64,000 nucleotides of DNA from a virus, in IMG/VR virus record IMGVR_UViG_3300034071_002576, positions 1-64,000 of that record. One strand, given 5' to 3'. The translations under genes were made by a program, and so were the position numbers. Position 1 is the first letter of the stretch. The number at the start of each line of letters is the position of its first letter. Under the pieces are notes generated by a model. It was not told the DNA's origin and searched no databases. It worked only from the letters and a program-made list of their open reading frames with translations. Positions 38,459-47,489 of the stretch are shown here, in pieces.

Positions 38459-39684
38459 TAAAAGTCAACCTCAGCTTCAGCAGTCTCGGTTTGTTTTGTT
38501 TCGGGTTCCTGGGGGCGAGTGGCGAGTTCGGTCAGAAGCTCATCCAAGTTTTCGCCAGCTTCTCCGATAAGTTCTTTACGCTGGTTGATCAGTTTCTTAA
38601 GCTGTTTGGACCTTTGAGCGTAGATATCGAGTTCTAAGTTTGCGTCCTTCACTAGGAGATTGAGGGCTCCGACATTTTCGGCGGCAGTGATTCGTTCGCA
38701 TAGAGTTTTGTACTGAGAGGAGAGCGCAAGAGATTTTTTGAGTTTCTCCAAACCTTTAGAGGCATCTCTGTCATCGCAAATACTTTCTAACTCGTCACGT
38801 ATAGTTTGCTGAACGTTGATGAAATCCTCCGTTGCTTTTTGCCTGGTGGCGCGATCATCCGCTTGAATTCGCGTACCTGTGCTCAAGAGTTCAGCTGCAA
38901 GGTCAGCCAATTTTTCGAAGCCAGGGACAGAGTCGCTTATCAGCTTCAGCTTTTCTGCCGTCAGCTGCCACGAGCCCCGCTTTTTAGTGGAGCCCGTTTG
39001 CTGTCTGCCGATCTTGTGTGAACCACGAACGTCCAGGTCATCCAGCAGCTCCGCGCTTATCTGAAGAGCTTTATCGGCGGCATTGCCCCTTGCGGCTTCG
39101 AGAACTTGCTGCGTATTGATCTGGTTTTCGTAGGCGAGGAGGGATGCTAGGTCTCCGTCGATTGGTTTGTCGACTTTTTCAAGAGAGATAGGCAGCGGCC
39201 CGAGAACCGACACGCGGATAGGTGCTTGGTATTCCTCCCTCGTGGGGAAGAGCTTCAGGTAAGCTTCGTGTGCTAAACGGAACTCATCATCTTCCCTGAA
39301 CAGAGGGCGCAGGATGTTGTAAGCAGTTTGGTGCCAGGCATCGTATTCCTCTTGCCACAGATCCTTTAGCCTCTCGTTAGCTTCTTTGGCAGCTTTACGG
39401 ATGTCCTTGATCAGAGCATTAGCGCACTGAAAATAGTTAGAAGTGACAAAGTGAGAATCGCCATAGTGAATGCAATAGCTGTCATACAGTTCACGCTGAA
39501 TGACACGAAGTGCATCCAATTCTGCTTTGAGGGAATTCGAAAGATTCGGGCGAAGGCTGACAGTGTTGTTTTGTTCAAGGGTTTCAATCACCGACTGCGG
39601 CAGCTTGAGATCATCGAACTTAATTTGAACCGACTGCCTTACATCGGCAGAGATCGAACAAGCGAGCAAATAATGCGAAGTCAT
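38458..39684 (-). CDS. helical protein of the AAA/VWA module (possibly DUF3150-like)
   Basis: 408-aa alpha-helical ORF upstream of MoxR; family call is inference from context. Confidence 0.5.
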   Translation of the reverse strand: MTSHYLLACSISADVRQSVQIKFDDLKLPQSVIETLEQNNTVSLRPNLSNSLKAELDALRVIQRELYDSYCIHYGDSHFVTSNYFQCANALIKDIRKAAKEANERLKDLWQEEYDAWHQTAYNILRPLFREDDEFRLAHEAYLKLFPTREEYQAPIRVSVLGPLPISLEKVDKPIDGDLASLLAYENQINTQQVLEAARGNAADKALQISAELLDDLDVRGSHKIGRQQTGSTKKRGSWQLTAEKLKLISDSVPGFEKLADLAAELLSTGTRIQADDRATRQKATEDFINVQQTIRDELESICDDRDASKGLEKLKKSLALSSQYKTLCERITAAENVGALNLLVKDANLELDIYAQRSKQLKKLINQRKELIGEAGENLDELLTELATRPQEPETKQTETAEAEVDF

Positions 39685-39835
39685 TTGTTTTAGTTACAGA
39701 GTGTTGATGTTGCGGCTAAGAAGTAACCCCCTCGCTGGGAGGGGGCTCAGCTTTTTAGCTCCAGGAAACCCTAGCCCGATTGACAAGGAAATGCAAGCAG
39801 TTCACACAGGCTGCAGATCTGCTCTGTACTGCCCG

Positions 39836-40261
39836 CTACTTTTTAAGCCGCGTAAACGCGAGGACGATTTTGTCGGTCATTTCGTCGCACTCGCCTGTCA
39901 GCACAAGAGCCTCGGCGGCGTGCTTGAGTTGCATCTTCGCGACCTTCAGCTCCTGCTCCAGCTTGCTGACTTTTGCAGAGAGCTTCTCCAGTTTGTCGTG
40001 CGACGTGGGAACTCGGCTGACGCGCACCACAATGTTCGTGTTGTGCTGCGGGAATCGGAATCGACTTTTGTCACCCGAGAACACTGACAGATCTATACCT
40101 GCACTTTCTGCAGCGGTTACATCCCGGAGCAGGTTGTCTTTTGCAGCTTCGTACGGTGCGCCGAATGATTCGTTCAGGTTTTTCAGTGCCGTGTCGCACT
40201 CATCGTACGCTTCGGCGGCGATGGCGCCGAGCTCCACAAGGTCTTTTGTCTTTAGGGTCAT
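39836..40261 (-). CDS. hypothetical protein
   Basis: 141-aa ORF with A/C-rich leader. Confidence 0.6.
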   Translation of the reverse strand: MTLKTKDLVELGAIAAEAYDECDTALKNLNESFGAPYEAAKDNLLRDVTAAESAGIDLSVFSGDKSRFRFPQHNTNIVVRVSRVPTSHDKLEKLSAKVSKLEQELKVAKMQLKHAAEALVLTGECDEMTDKIVLAFTRLKK

Positions 40262-40354
40262 GTTGGTAGTGATGTTGATGTGAGCACCACGTTTGGTTCG
40301 GTCGGTGCCACCGAGAGCATGCTAGCACACTCAGTGCCTTTATGATCCTAGAAT

Positions 40355-40422
40355 CCTCGCTGAGAGAATCGAACTCCGCACATGCCCACAGAGTAAGACC
40401 AGGACAGCCACCAGGCGCGAGG
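40355..40422 (-). ncRNA. degenerate tRNA-like element
   Basis: CCTCGC/GCGAGG terminal stem, TGGTGG D-loop-like segment, GGAG-TTCGATT-CTCT T-arm, no canonical anticodon arm. Confidence 0.4.
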
Positions 40423-40433
40423 GGGATGGAGGA

Positions 40434-40613
40434 TCAGCGTTTCAGGTAAACGGCGACGCTATTAGGGTTTGCGATCTGGTTCATCTGCATGAAAACGTAC
40501 TTAGCGTCACGTGGGCTGTGAGCCTCTACACAACCGCTGAATTTCCACTCTTTCCGATGAGCTCTGGAGAACACATCAAAGGTCTGGAGTTTGGTTTCAC
40601 CGGGGTTTGGCAT
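40434..40613 (-). CDS. small hypothetical protein (not in ORF track)
   Basis: 59 aa MPNPGETKLQTFDVF... Confidence 0.4.
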   Translation of the reverse strand: MPNPGETKLQTFDVFSRAHRKEWKFSGCVEAHSPRDAKYVFMQMNQIANPNSVAVYLKR

Positions 40614-40795
40614 CAGCTCTCGTTTTGGTCTTTCCGCACTATAGCGACCTTTTTGTATCCGCCGCTACGTCATCTCTTTACTTAGGTTTGTTTCTAGCTC
40701 TTGTACGTTTTTATGCGCTAGTTTGGTTAACTTGCACTTAATAAAAAGTTTTTATTTAATTGAGCTACTTAACGTAATTTGCGCCTCCTATCATC

Positions 40796-40822
40796 AAAAA
40801 AGCCCGAGCGAACTCGGGCCTT
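40796..40822 (-). terminator. intrinsic terminator
   Basis: GCCCGAG-TTCG-CTCGGGC followed by TTTTT on the - strand. Confidence 0.8.
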
Positions 40823-40837
40823 CTGCTAACCTCACGC

Positions 40838-41587
40838 TTAACTTTCTACGACAAGTTTCGTAATGTTATAGTGCTTGATCCAAGTGACTAGCTTTGTCGT
40901 TGCTTCTGCTGATTGCAGTCCGATACATCCGCTAGTCCCTGATTCTCCATTAAGCTTGCCCCAACTTGGATCCTGATGAAAACCAAGAGCTGATCGCCCC
41001 GTGGCGAATAGAGGAGTTACAGGAATCCAATAACCTTTGCCTAATTCAGGGTCATCGAAAGGAGCGGCCGCCATGCCGAGTCGATCAACCCTGTAAGTTC
41101 CCTTAGGTAAAGGAGATTTATTTCCTGCTGTATTTCGATCGGCTGTTTGTCGGTACGCCCGTCCGGTCAGCGCCGGCAGAGTTTCGAGAACGATATTTTG
41201 ATTGTTGACTAGATCGAGCGACCATATGGGGTCCTTCGTTTCCTTCACCGTCTTATCTGTTTTCTTCAGAATCAAGAACGCCTGCGAACTCGTAGTTATC
41301 CGCGGCGGGTTTGAGCCTGGCTTTAGTTGAATCGTAGGACGTGAGGATCCTGGTTCTTCGGGAACGCCAGGCATCGGACTTGCGTCTAAGGGCAGCACAC
41401 CTTCGGGGACTCCAGTTCCCTGCTGCCCTGGTCCCTGCTCTAACGGAGAGACTTGTGCGTACATCATCTGCTTTAGATGCTCTTCCTGCGCTGCATGATG
41501 CGCCATTAGTTGGGAGCCTTGGTGCAGCGCAACAGCTGCAGCAACGCCGGACACGGTCCCGATGATTGCAAACATTCTGATTTTCAT
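40838..41587 (-). CDS. membrane-anchored L,D-transpeptidase (YkuD-like) protein
   Basis: N-terminal TM; SPLPKGTY; GFH...TSGCIGL catalytic motif. Confidence 0.75.
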   Translation of the reverse strand: MKIRMFAIIGTVSGVAAAVALHQGSQLMAHHAAQEEHLKQMMYAQVSPLEQGPGQQGTGVPEGVLPLDASPMPGVPEEPGSSRPTIQLKPGSNPPRITTSSQAFLILKKTDKTVKETKDPIWSLDLVNNQNIVLETLPALTGRAYRQTADRNTAGNKSPLPKGTYRVDRLGMAAAPFDDPELGKGYWIPVTPLFATGRSALGFHQDPSWGKLNGESGTSGCIGLQSAEATTKLVTWIKHYNITKLVVES

Positions 41588-42009
41588 TAGAGGTTACCTG
41601 GGCCGACTTGAGGAGCCGGCGGGGCGGAAGGGTAGCGCGGAGCGTCGAAGTCACCTGGACCTGTCGCCGCCCTCGGGGGCGTGGGAGGAGCCACAGGGAG
41701 AGGAGCTGATCTCTCGGGCTCTACAGGCTGAGGCTCTGGTTGAGACTCCTCAGGTGTGTTTTCTGGTTCTTTAGGTTTCTCTAGAGCCTCCGTTGATTGT
41801 GTTGAAGGTTGAGTCTCTTGAGACTCGCCCATCTGCTTTAGCCATTCAGCTTTCGCCTTCTCTTCGGGAGAGGGGTCCATCTTGCCTTCTTTATCCGGTG
41901 AAGCACCGGGCATCAAGGCAGACACGACCATGCCCGCTAGGTTAACACCGACAGATGCTACTAGAAACGCAGCAACGCCTACGCCAACCCAAACTATCTT
42001 ACGTAACAT
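41587..42009 (-). CDS. TM protein with Pro/Glu-rich tail
   Basis: probable start MLRKIVW; hydrophobic N-terminus. Confidence 0.6.
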   Translation of the reverse strand: MLRKIVWVGVGVAAFLVASVGVNLAGMVVSALMPGASPDKEGKMDPSPEEKAKAEWLKQMGESQETQPSTQSTEALEKPKEPENTPEESQPEPQPVEPERSAPLPVAPPTPPRAATGPGDFDAPRYPSAPPAPQVGPGNL

Positions 42010-42011
42010 GG

Positions 42012-42287
42012 TCAGCGACAGAGGTAATCTGCGCGTTGCCACCCGACTAAGCCGTTGTATTCGACTTTGTACCATCGCATATTGTCTCCTCCCCACACCC
42101 AAGTGAGCACGCGAACGTAGACTTCTGCGGGGATTGATGCAATCACATAGTTGCTGCGGCTCGGGCCGTTGCGTAGGTTGACTGAACTGTTTGGATCTCG
42201 AGTGCACGTCATCGCGTACGATTGTGCATCAGCCGAGGGTGCCCACGTGGTGAACATGAGCGCTGCGATTGCTAGCAGTTTGTTCAT
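42012..42287 (-). CDS. secreted SH3b-domain protein
   Basis: signal peptide; VNLRNGPS...WYKVEYNG..GW..ADYL. Confidence 0.85.
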   Translation of the reverse strand: MNKLLAIAALMFTTWAPSADAQSYAMTCTRDPNSSVNLRNGPSRSNYVIASIPAEVYVRVLTWVWGGDNMRWYKVEYNGLVGWQRADYLCR

Positions 42288-42311
42288 TGGTTTAGTTATT
42301 TGATTTTGAGT

Positions 42312-42509
42312 TTAGTCTTCGTCAGGGAAGATAAAGTTTTCATGGAGGTTACCCATGGTGCAGTTAACGATTGATTCGATTACTGCCTCCTCTGAAGGAT
42401 TTTCTGTGTGTTTGTGTGCACGGTGGTACCCTCGGCGTACGCCAGCTTCGATTGTCTCTTCGAAAAGTTTGTAGAAACGAGGAGTGAGCACGGTCAGCGT
42501 CCCTCCCAA
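42312..42509 (-). CDS. hypothetical protein
   Basis: IE.GV.RGY.RAHKH.ENP motif recalled from phage small proteins. Confidence 0.55.
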   Translation of the reverse strand: MGGTLTVLTPRFYKLFEETIEAGVRRGYHRAHKHTENPSEEAVIESIVNCTMGNLHENFIFPDED

Positions 42510-42703
42510 AGTTTGTCAGTAAATTGCCAGATGTAAGCTACGAGAAGTTCGTCAACTTCCAGGCCAGCGTACTCGGCTTCCCTTTTAAACTTGTCGTCGA
42601 ATAGAAGATGAATGAGTTTGGGTGAGATTTGAAGAGCCACCTCATCTCTGAAGGCTACTTTGTACTCGTCTGCAGTTAGTTCAATTGCCGGGAACATGGT
42701 CAT
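42494..42703 (-). CDS. hypothetical protein
   Basis: ORF in the early gene run. Confidence 0.5.
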   Translation of the reverse strand: MTMFPAIELTADEYKVAFRDEVALQISPKLIHLLFDDKFKREAEYAGLEVDELLVAYIWQFTDKLWEGR

Positions 42704-42858
42704 CTGTGTTTGAAAAAAACGTCAGCGTACAGGCAGAGAATCCCTGAGATCGTGAAGATAAGATTCCAGGGAAAGACTGGTGTGCATGCTGTGAGCACAA
42801 AGCATACAGCAGCCAGCACCAGGCAGAGATTAAATTGTGTTCGGTGAGACATTTAGTG

Positions 42859-43113
42859 TTACAACCTTCTGTTTTCGATTTGGTCTGCGATGAGCGCGAG
42901 CTGACTGTGGATCAGTGCGACCCTGTGGCGATAACCTCTGTCGTACTCGGTGTTTGTTTTAGATTCTGGTTTAGGTAGCGTTTGAAGCAAGGCTCTCAGA
43001 GCATCGGCTAGCGCTGTTTCCGGCGTAGTCGCATCCTCGAAAGCTACGTAAATAGAATGTGCGGCTTGTTTGACAAGTCGATCGTAGGGAGACATGCTAT
43101 GTGCGGGGTGCAT
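42859..43113 (-). CDS. hypothetical protein
   Basis: ORF in the early gene run. Confidence 0.5.
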   Translation of the reverse strand: MHPAHSMSPYDRLVKQAAHSIYVAFEDATTPETALADALRALLQTLPKPESKTNTEYDRGYRHRVALIHSQLALIADQIENRRL

Positions 43114-43188
43114 GTTTTTAGTAGTTGGCTTTAGCTGGATTCCTAATAAACAACTTTTATTGAGAATCCTTATGGCTTATGTAGTGTC

Positions 43189-43368
43189 TCACTGGGCTTC
43201 AAGTTCGTTGGCTATGGCAAGTGAGGGACCAAGGGTTTCAAGCCAACACAACATGCACCAGTGCCCTTCGTGGCCTTCGATGTCGCTGCTGATGTAGTGC
43301 CTGTGCGTACCGTGCTTGGGGCAGACAATTTGCTTCTGAGAAATTTTGAGATTCATAAAGTCAGTCAT
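43189..43368 (-). CDS. small Cys/His zinc-binding protein
   Basis: start MTDFMN at the ATGACTGA junction; CPKHG..H..C..C. Confidence 0.55.
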   Translation of the reverse strand: MTDFMNLKISQKQIVCPKHGTHRHYISSDIEGHEGHWCMLCWLETLGPSLAIANELEAQ

Positions 43369-43699
43369 CGAGTTGCTCCAGTGCGCGGCGGATGGTGTCG
43401 AAACGTTGAGACCACTCCGCTTCCGTTGAACCAAGGTCAGCTTCGGCAAGGGCCTGCAGCGCCTGCTCCTTCAAGCTCGGCGGCTTGGGGCGGCGTGCGG
43501 CGCGGAGTGCGTTTGCACCAATATTGGGATAGTCATGCTGTAGCCACTCACAGCACGCCTCCAGCTCCTGATTAGCTCCCCAACGTGCAGCTAATGTTGC
43601 AAACTCGCCTGGGTTGGGTGGTCGCTGAGGCAGCGGCTTGGCCAACTCAATCCAGTCTTCCACCAGCTCCGGCGGTGGGGTAATGGGGTGATCAGTCAT
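43361..43699 (-). CDS. PITPPPELV-family paralog 4
   Basis: start MTDHPITPPP; WGANQELEACCEW, RRPKPPSLKEQAL. Confidence 0.75.
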   Translation of the reverse strand: MTDHPITPPPELVEDWIELAKPLPQRPPNPGEFATLAARWGANQELEACCEWLQHDYPNIGANALRAARRPKPPSLKEQALQALAEADLGSTEAEWSQRFDTIRRALEQLDD

Positions 43700-44036
43700 C
43701 GAGTTGCTCCAGTGCGCGGCGAATGGTGTCGCACACGAGATCGCCACCGTGAGACATTCGGAATACGGCTGCAATTCCATCCAACTGCTCTAACGCCTGC
43801 TTCTTCAAGCTCGGCGGTTTAGGCCGGCGTGCGGCGCGGAGTTCGTCGTGCGCCCAGTACGTTTGTTTGCTTTTAACCCACTCACAGCACGCCTCCAGCT
43901 CTTGATCTGCGCCCCATTGGGCGGCGCGGGTGGCAATAAGTTCTGGGCCGGTGCAGCTCGGCTTGGCCTTGATGTACTCGTCCGTCCACTTCTGCACCAG
44001 CTCCAGTGATGGGGTAATGGGATGTTGTTGTGTCAT
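43692..44036 (-). CDS. PITPPPELV-family paralog 3
   Basis: same conserved blocks. Confidence 0.75.
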   Translation of the reverse strand: MTQQHPITPSLELVQKWTDEYIKAKPSCTGPELIATRAAQWGADQELEACCEWVKSKQTYWAHDELRAARRPKPPSLKKQALEQLDGIAAVFRMSHGGDLVCDTIRRALEQLDD

Positions 44037-44055
44037 GGGTGATTAGTGGTAATGG

Positions 44056-44250
44056 CTACTCGGCTTCTGGTTCGTAAGGCTGCGGCACTACGGCGTGCAT
44101 CGCGTCGAGCAACATCTTTTCGTGCTGCTCGTAACCCCATTGGGCAGCGCGGGCGGCTAGCTGCTGCTTCCACGATGTGGATTCATCGTCTATCGCGTCA
44201 TACCACTGCTCAACCAGCTCCGGCGGTGGGGTAATGGGGTGATCAGTCAT
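44056..44250 (-). CDS. PITPPPELV-family paralog 2 (short, different C-terminus)
   Basis: MTDHPITPPPELVEQW...AAQWGY. Confidence 0.7.
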   Translation of the reverse strand: MTDHPITPPPELVEQWYDAIDDESTSWKQQLAARAAQWGYEQHEKMLLDAMHAVVPQPYEPEAE

Positions 44251-44572
44251 TGAGCTGCTCCAGTGCGCGGCGGATGGTGGCGAGATCTTTCATACCGTCA
44301 GAGAAAAACTCGCCGGTTGATTCAATACGACTTAACCCCATCAGCGCCTGCTCCTTCAAGCTCGGCGGCTTGGGGCGGCGGCTGGCGCGGAGTTCCCTGC
44401 TCTTGATTCCCGACCACTTCGAATCCACCCACTCACAGCACGCCTCTAGCTCTTGGTCTGCACCCCACTGGGCAATAAGGAAGGCAACCGTATTCCAGTC
44501 GGCAGGCAAATGTGCCCACTGCTGCACCAGCTCCGGCGGAGGATTAATCGGGTTGTTGTTGTTGGCAGTCAT
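44243..44572 (-). CDS. PITPPPELV-family paralog 1
   Basis: same conserved blocks. Confidence 0.75.
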   Translation of the reverse strand: MTANNNNPINPPPELVQQWAHLPADWNTVAFLIAQWGADQELEACCEWVDSKWSGIKSRELRASRRPKPPSLKEQALMGLSRIESTGEFFSDGMKDLATIRRALEQLND

Positions 44573-44759
44573 GAGAAAGAGAAGTGTGTAGAGCTAATCG
44601 GCGTGCTTCCAAGCTGTTCCTGGCTGGTGTCTACGCAAAAACTCAACTAGCAGATAGTGAGCCTCGCCAGCATCTTCAATGAACTGGCCGAGATAGTGAA
44701 ATCCTTTGCCGTCAATGCGGATTATTTCGGATGTGCCGTCGCCAAGCACGATGTTGTTG

Positions 44760-45191
44760 TCATTCATTGTTTGAAAGTTTGTCGTCGAGGGCTTTGATTA
44801 CCTTAGTTACACATTCCCACGGATCTGGATAGTCTGCAGACACGGGGATGTGCGTCACGGTATCGCGTAAATGATACAGCAAGCCGAGCCAGGTTTCCTC
44901 ATCGAGAGTGACTGTGATTTTCTGAATGGGTTTGTCGACTAAAAGCCATTCGTACTTAGGGACTGCAGCTCTGCAGTTTTGGCATACAAGCCCCTGCCAA
45001 GAGAAGTGAAAAACTCTAAATTCGCTGTTGCAGTGAGGGCATTGAAGTAGTCTGCCGCGGGATCCGGCCCGCGTGGTTTTAGTGACAGAGGCTTGCATGG
45101 CTTTACTTAAAAGGGTTTGTCCAATTGTTGATTTGTGAGTCGCTGATGTGCCGTTGCTTATGCAGGAAATCGATGTAGTCATTAAAGGCAC
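44760..45191 (-). CDS. zinc-ribbon protein (likely start MQASVTK)
   Basis: CPHC...CQNC. Confidence 0.55.
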   Translation of the reverse strand: MPLMTTSISCISNGTSATHKSTIGQTLLSKAMQASVTKTTRAGSRGRLLQCPHCNSEFRVFHFSWQGLVCQNCRAAVPKYEWLLVDKPIQKITVTLDEETWLGLLYHLRDTVTHIPVSADYPDPWECVTKVIKALDDKLSNNE

Positions 45192-45297
45192 AACATTTGG
45201 CGGTTCGATCTCCTCGCAGCGTGGGGTTGTGGTCTAGCCGATCATGCCACAGATCACGGAAGTTAGAAACCACTTGCTGTTTAGTTAGGGTGTGCAT
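45103..45297 (-). CDS. hypothetical early protein
   Basis: D.TAK...FNDY.D.L.K...I...Q...W..P pattern. Confidence 0.55.
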   Translation of the reverse strand: MHTLTKQQVVSNFRDLWHDRLDHNPTLRGDRTAKCCAFNDYIDFLHKQRHISDSQINNWTNPFK

Positions 45298-45372
45298 TGT
45301 GTTGTGTGATGTTCAAGTTAAGTTGTACGGCGCCCGCAGTGAGGGAAGCGAGCGCGTATGATAGGTTTCTAA

Positions 45373-45741
45373 TTAGCTGACGGGTTGCGCTACATCCGTG
45401 CGCTCGAATATGTAAGGAGTGTTTGATTCAAATTCGAAGTCAGGTGCATTAACAGGTAAGCCATACCATTTGTAGTTGCGCTGATAAATGCCGGAGCCGC
45501 AAAACTTACGCAGGATTGCGTTGATGCGCGATTTCGTCGTTGCTGTCGGATAACCGCAGTCACTTACAGTGACGCTGTCGGGTGTGATCTGTGCGATGGG
45601 GCTGTTGTGTAGGTATACAGTCGCGCGGTCGATGATCTTGTCACCGTGGGCGAAGTAAGTAACAGCCACCCGTGTGTTGTCGCAGCTCCAATCTTTACGG
45701 GATGCAACTGCAATCAGCATCTGTGCTTCAATCTTCCTCAT
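45373..45741 (-). CDS. conserved phage early protein
   Basis: start MRKIEAQM; VYLH..IA, TTKSRINAIL, YQRNYKWY. Confidence 0.65.
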   Translation of the reverse strand: MRKIEAQMLIAVASRKDWSCDNTRVAVTYFAHGDKIIDRATVYLHNSPIAQITPDSVTVSDCGYPTATTKSRINAILRKFCGSGIYQRNYKWYGLPVNAPDFEFESNTPYIFERTDVAQPVS

Positions 45742-45994
45742 TGGTCTGCTCCTGTTCATTGATAAGTTCTCTGAGTTGGGCGATTGCATCCTGCAGCCGA
45801 TAAGATCGTGCGGCTGATGATGAATCGTCGAGTGCACACTCTAAATTCCATAGCGCATCCTTTGCGTCTTCGATTGTTAGGAACGTATCGGTTGCGTAGT
45901 GCACACCGTATTCGTCAGTTTGAATTAGTGAGATCATCAGATCATTCCGTGAGAGTCTACGTAAGCTTGGATGTCCGCATCTGATGGTTCCCAT
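45728..45994 (-). CDS. hypothetical protein (likely start MISLIQTD)
   Basis: coupled to its neighbours. Confidence 0.5.
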   Translation of the reverse strand: MGTIRCGHPSLRRLSRNDLMISLIQTDEYGVHYATDTFLTIEDAKDALWNLECALDDSSSAARSYRLQDAIAQLRELINEQEQTNEED

Positions 45995-46161
45995 CCTTCG
46001 ATGTACTCAAGTGCGGGAATGACTTCGTCTTCGATTTTGTCGACAATGTCAGGCGGAAGTGTGCAGTCATTCTGCACTAATTGCTTGAACCGAGCGAGCG
46101 CGTGGTAAGTGAGGGAGTAACAGTCCAAAGCGTACAGATCGAAAGGGATGTGATTAGGCAT
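45937..46161 (-). CDS. hypothetical protein
   Basis: follows the GGCCCCGCGTTAGCGG repeat. Confidence 0.5.
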   Translation of the reverse strand: MPNHIPFDLYALDCYSLTYHALARFKQLVQNDCTLPPDIVDKIEDEVIPALEYIEGWEPSDADIQAYVDSHGMI

Positions 46162-46194
46162 GATGTTGGTGTAACTGTGTGAGTTGGCCCCGCG

Positions 46195-46392
46195 TTAGCG
46201 GAGAGAGTTACAGGCTGCTGGTGTGATGTTGACTGCGGTGATGTTGCCTTCAATAGACAACAACACATCGTCAATTCTGTTGATGGTTGCATCGCAATCT
46301 CTGAACTGATCGGGATACTTAGTGGCGAGACTCAGTAGTTCTCCGCGGTAGGTAATGAGTGCGGTGCGGACTGTAGTTGCGGCGATCATCAT
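46195..46392 (-). CDS. hypothetical protein
   Basis: stop codon lies within the repeat. Confidence 0.45.
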   Translation of the reverse strand: MMIAATTVRTALITYRGELLSLATKYPDQFRDCDATINRIDDVLLSIEGNITAVNITPAACNSLR

Positions 46393-46625
46393 GGCTGTTG
46401 TTTGTGTTGTTTGATCTCTTCAATCAAGTCGCTTGTCTGTTGATCGTTTCATTGGTCGCGCCAAGCTTTGCAACAACGTGAGCTCACATAATACTCTGCA
46501 GAGTAGTCTGCGAGTTTGTATTCGTGAAGCATAGTGTTAGCTTCCCTGCGAGATTCGAACTCGTCGATGGTCTCCAGGTAGTTGTGATTGATGGAGCGGC
46601 GTTGAATGTAGAACATGTCTCTGGG

Positions 46626-46943
46626 TTAGTAGCTGATTGAAACTGTTGCGATGCCGTCGATTGGTACACCCAAGCGATAGGCTGCGCCTGCAGATAGATC
46701 AATGCTGTTGCAGTCGCAGCGGTCAGTAATAGGTACAGTGAGCACTCTGCCGCCGTGACGTACGCGAACTTGTGTGCCACACGGTAACCACGGGTGCGCA
46801 GCAGACACGCCCCAATGTTGGTATGTTTGCCCACAGTATGTCTCTCTGGCGTGATACCACTCGTGGTATACAGTTGCAGTCACTGGGCGAGCACTAACTG
46901 GGTTAGTGAGCAGCAAAGGAAACAACAATAGCAATCGTTTCAT
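46626..46943 (-). CDS. RlpA-like DPBB protein (lytic transglycosylase fold), secreted
   Basis: signal peptide; SAAH..LP.GT.VRV...V.ITDR...IDLS..AA..LG. Confidence 0.8.
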   Translation of the reverse strand: MKRLLLLFPLLLTNPVSARPVTATVYHEWYHARETYCGQTYQHWGVSAAHPWLPCGTQVRVRHGGRVLTVPITDRCDCNSIDLSAGAAYRLGVPIDGIATVSISY

Positions 46944-46992
46944 GTGAAGTTGAAGTGGTTGTGTGCGTCGGCCCCGCGTTAGCGGGAAGGAA

Positions 46993-47244
46993 TTAGTTAA
47001 CGAGATTGACGAATGTGATTGCGTTAATGCACCATCCAGTTTCGTCTGTGATGCTTTCGATTAAGTCATCATCATCGTCGGCGTCCCAATCTCCAGACAT
47101 GACACTGTTTACGATGTCCTGCTGTTCCTCCAGCGTGGGGGAGTAGTCATCGTCTGTTGTGAAGTCGAAGTCAATCGAGAGAACTTTAAATAGCATTGTT
47201 GTGCTCACTGTTCGGGCCATTCGTGACCATCGGGAACTTCCCAC
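46993..47244 (-). CDS. acidic hypothetical protein (likely start MLFKVL)
   Basis: IDFDF...DLIESITDETGWCI pattern. Confidence 0.55.
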   Translation of the reverse strand: MGSSRWSRMARTVSTTMLFKVLSIDFDFTTDDDYSPTLEEQQDIVNSVMSGDWDADDDDDLIESITDETGWCINAITFVNLVN

Positions 47245-47489
47245 AAATCCCCATCTTGATGTAGCCTCCAGATTACACCTCGTTTATCCTTGCATTCGTA
47301 GTTAGTTAGGATTGCATCCCAAGCTTCCCAATACCACTCGTGATCAGGGCCTGCCTGACACACCTGCACATCGTCGAAGCTGATGTTAGCTTGCTTGGCG
47401 CATTCTTCATCTGCACTATTGCAGAACAGTTGCGGGATGTAGACACCATTTGTGTCTAACAGTAAGAGATGAGGTTCGTTCATGTTCAA
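47205..47489 (-). CDS. hypothetical protein
   Basis: GVYIPQ.F, GPDHEWYWEAW, LHQDGDLW pattern. Confidence 0.6.
   Translation of the reverse strand: MNMNEPHLLLLDTNGVYIPQLFCNSADEECAKQANISFDDVQVCQAGPDHEWYWEAWDAILTNYECKDKRGVIWRLHQDGDLWEVPDGHEWPEQ

Noticed and set aside
43361-44572. Diversity-generating retroelement
   Set aside because: No reverse transcriptase in the window; variation is by segment replacement, not adenine-specific substitution
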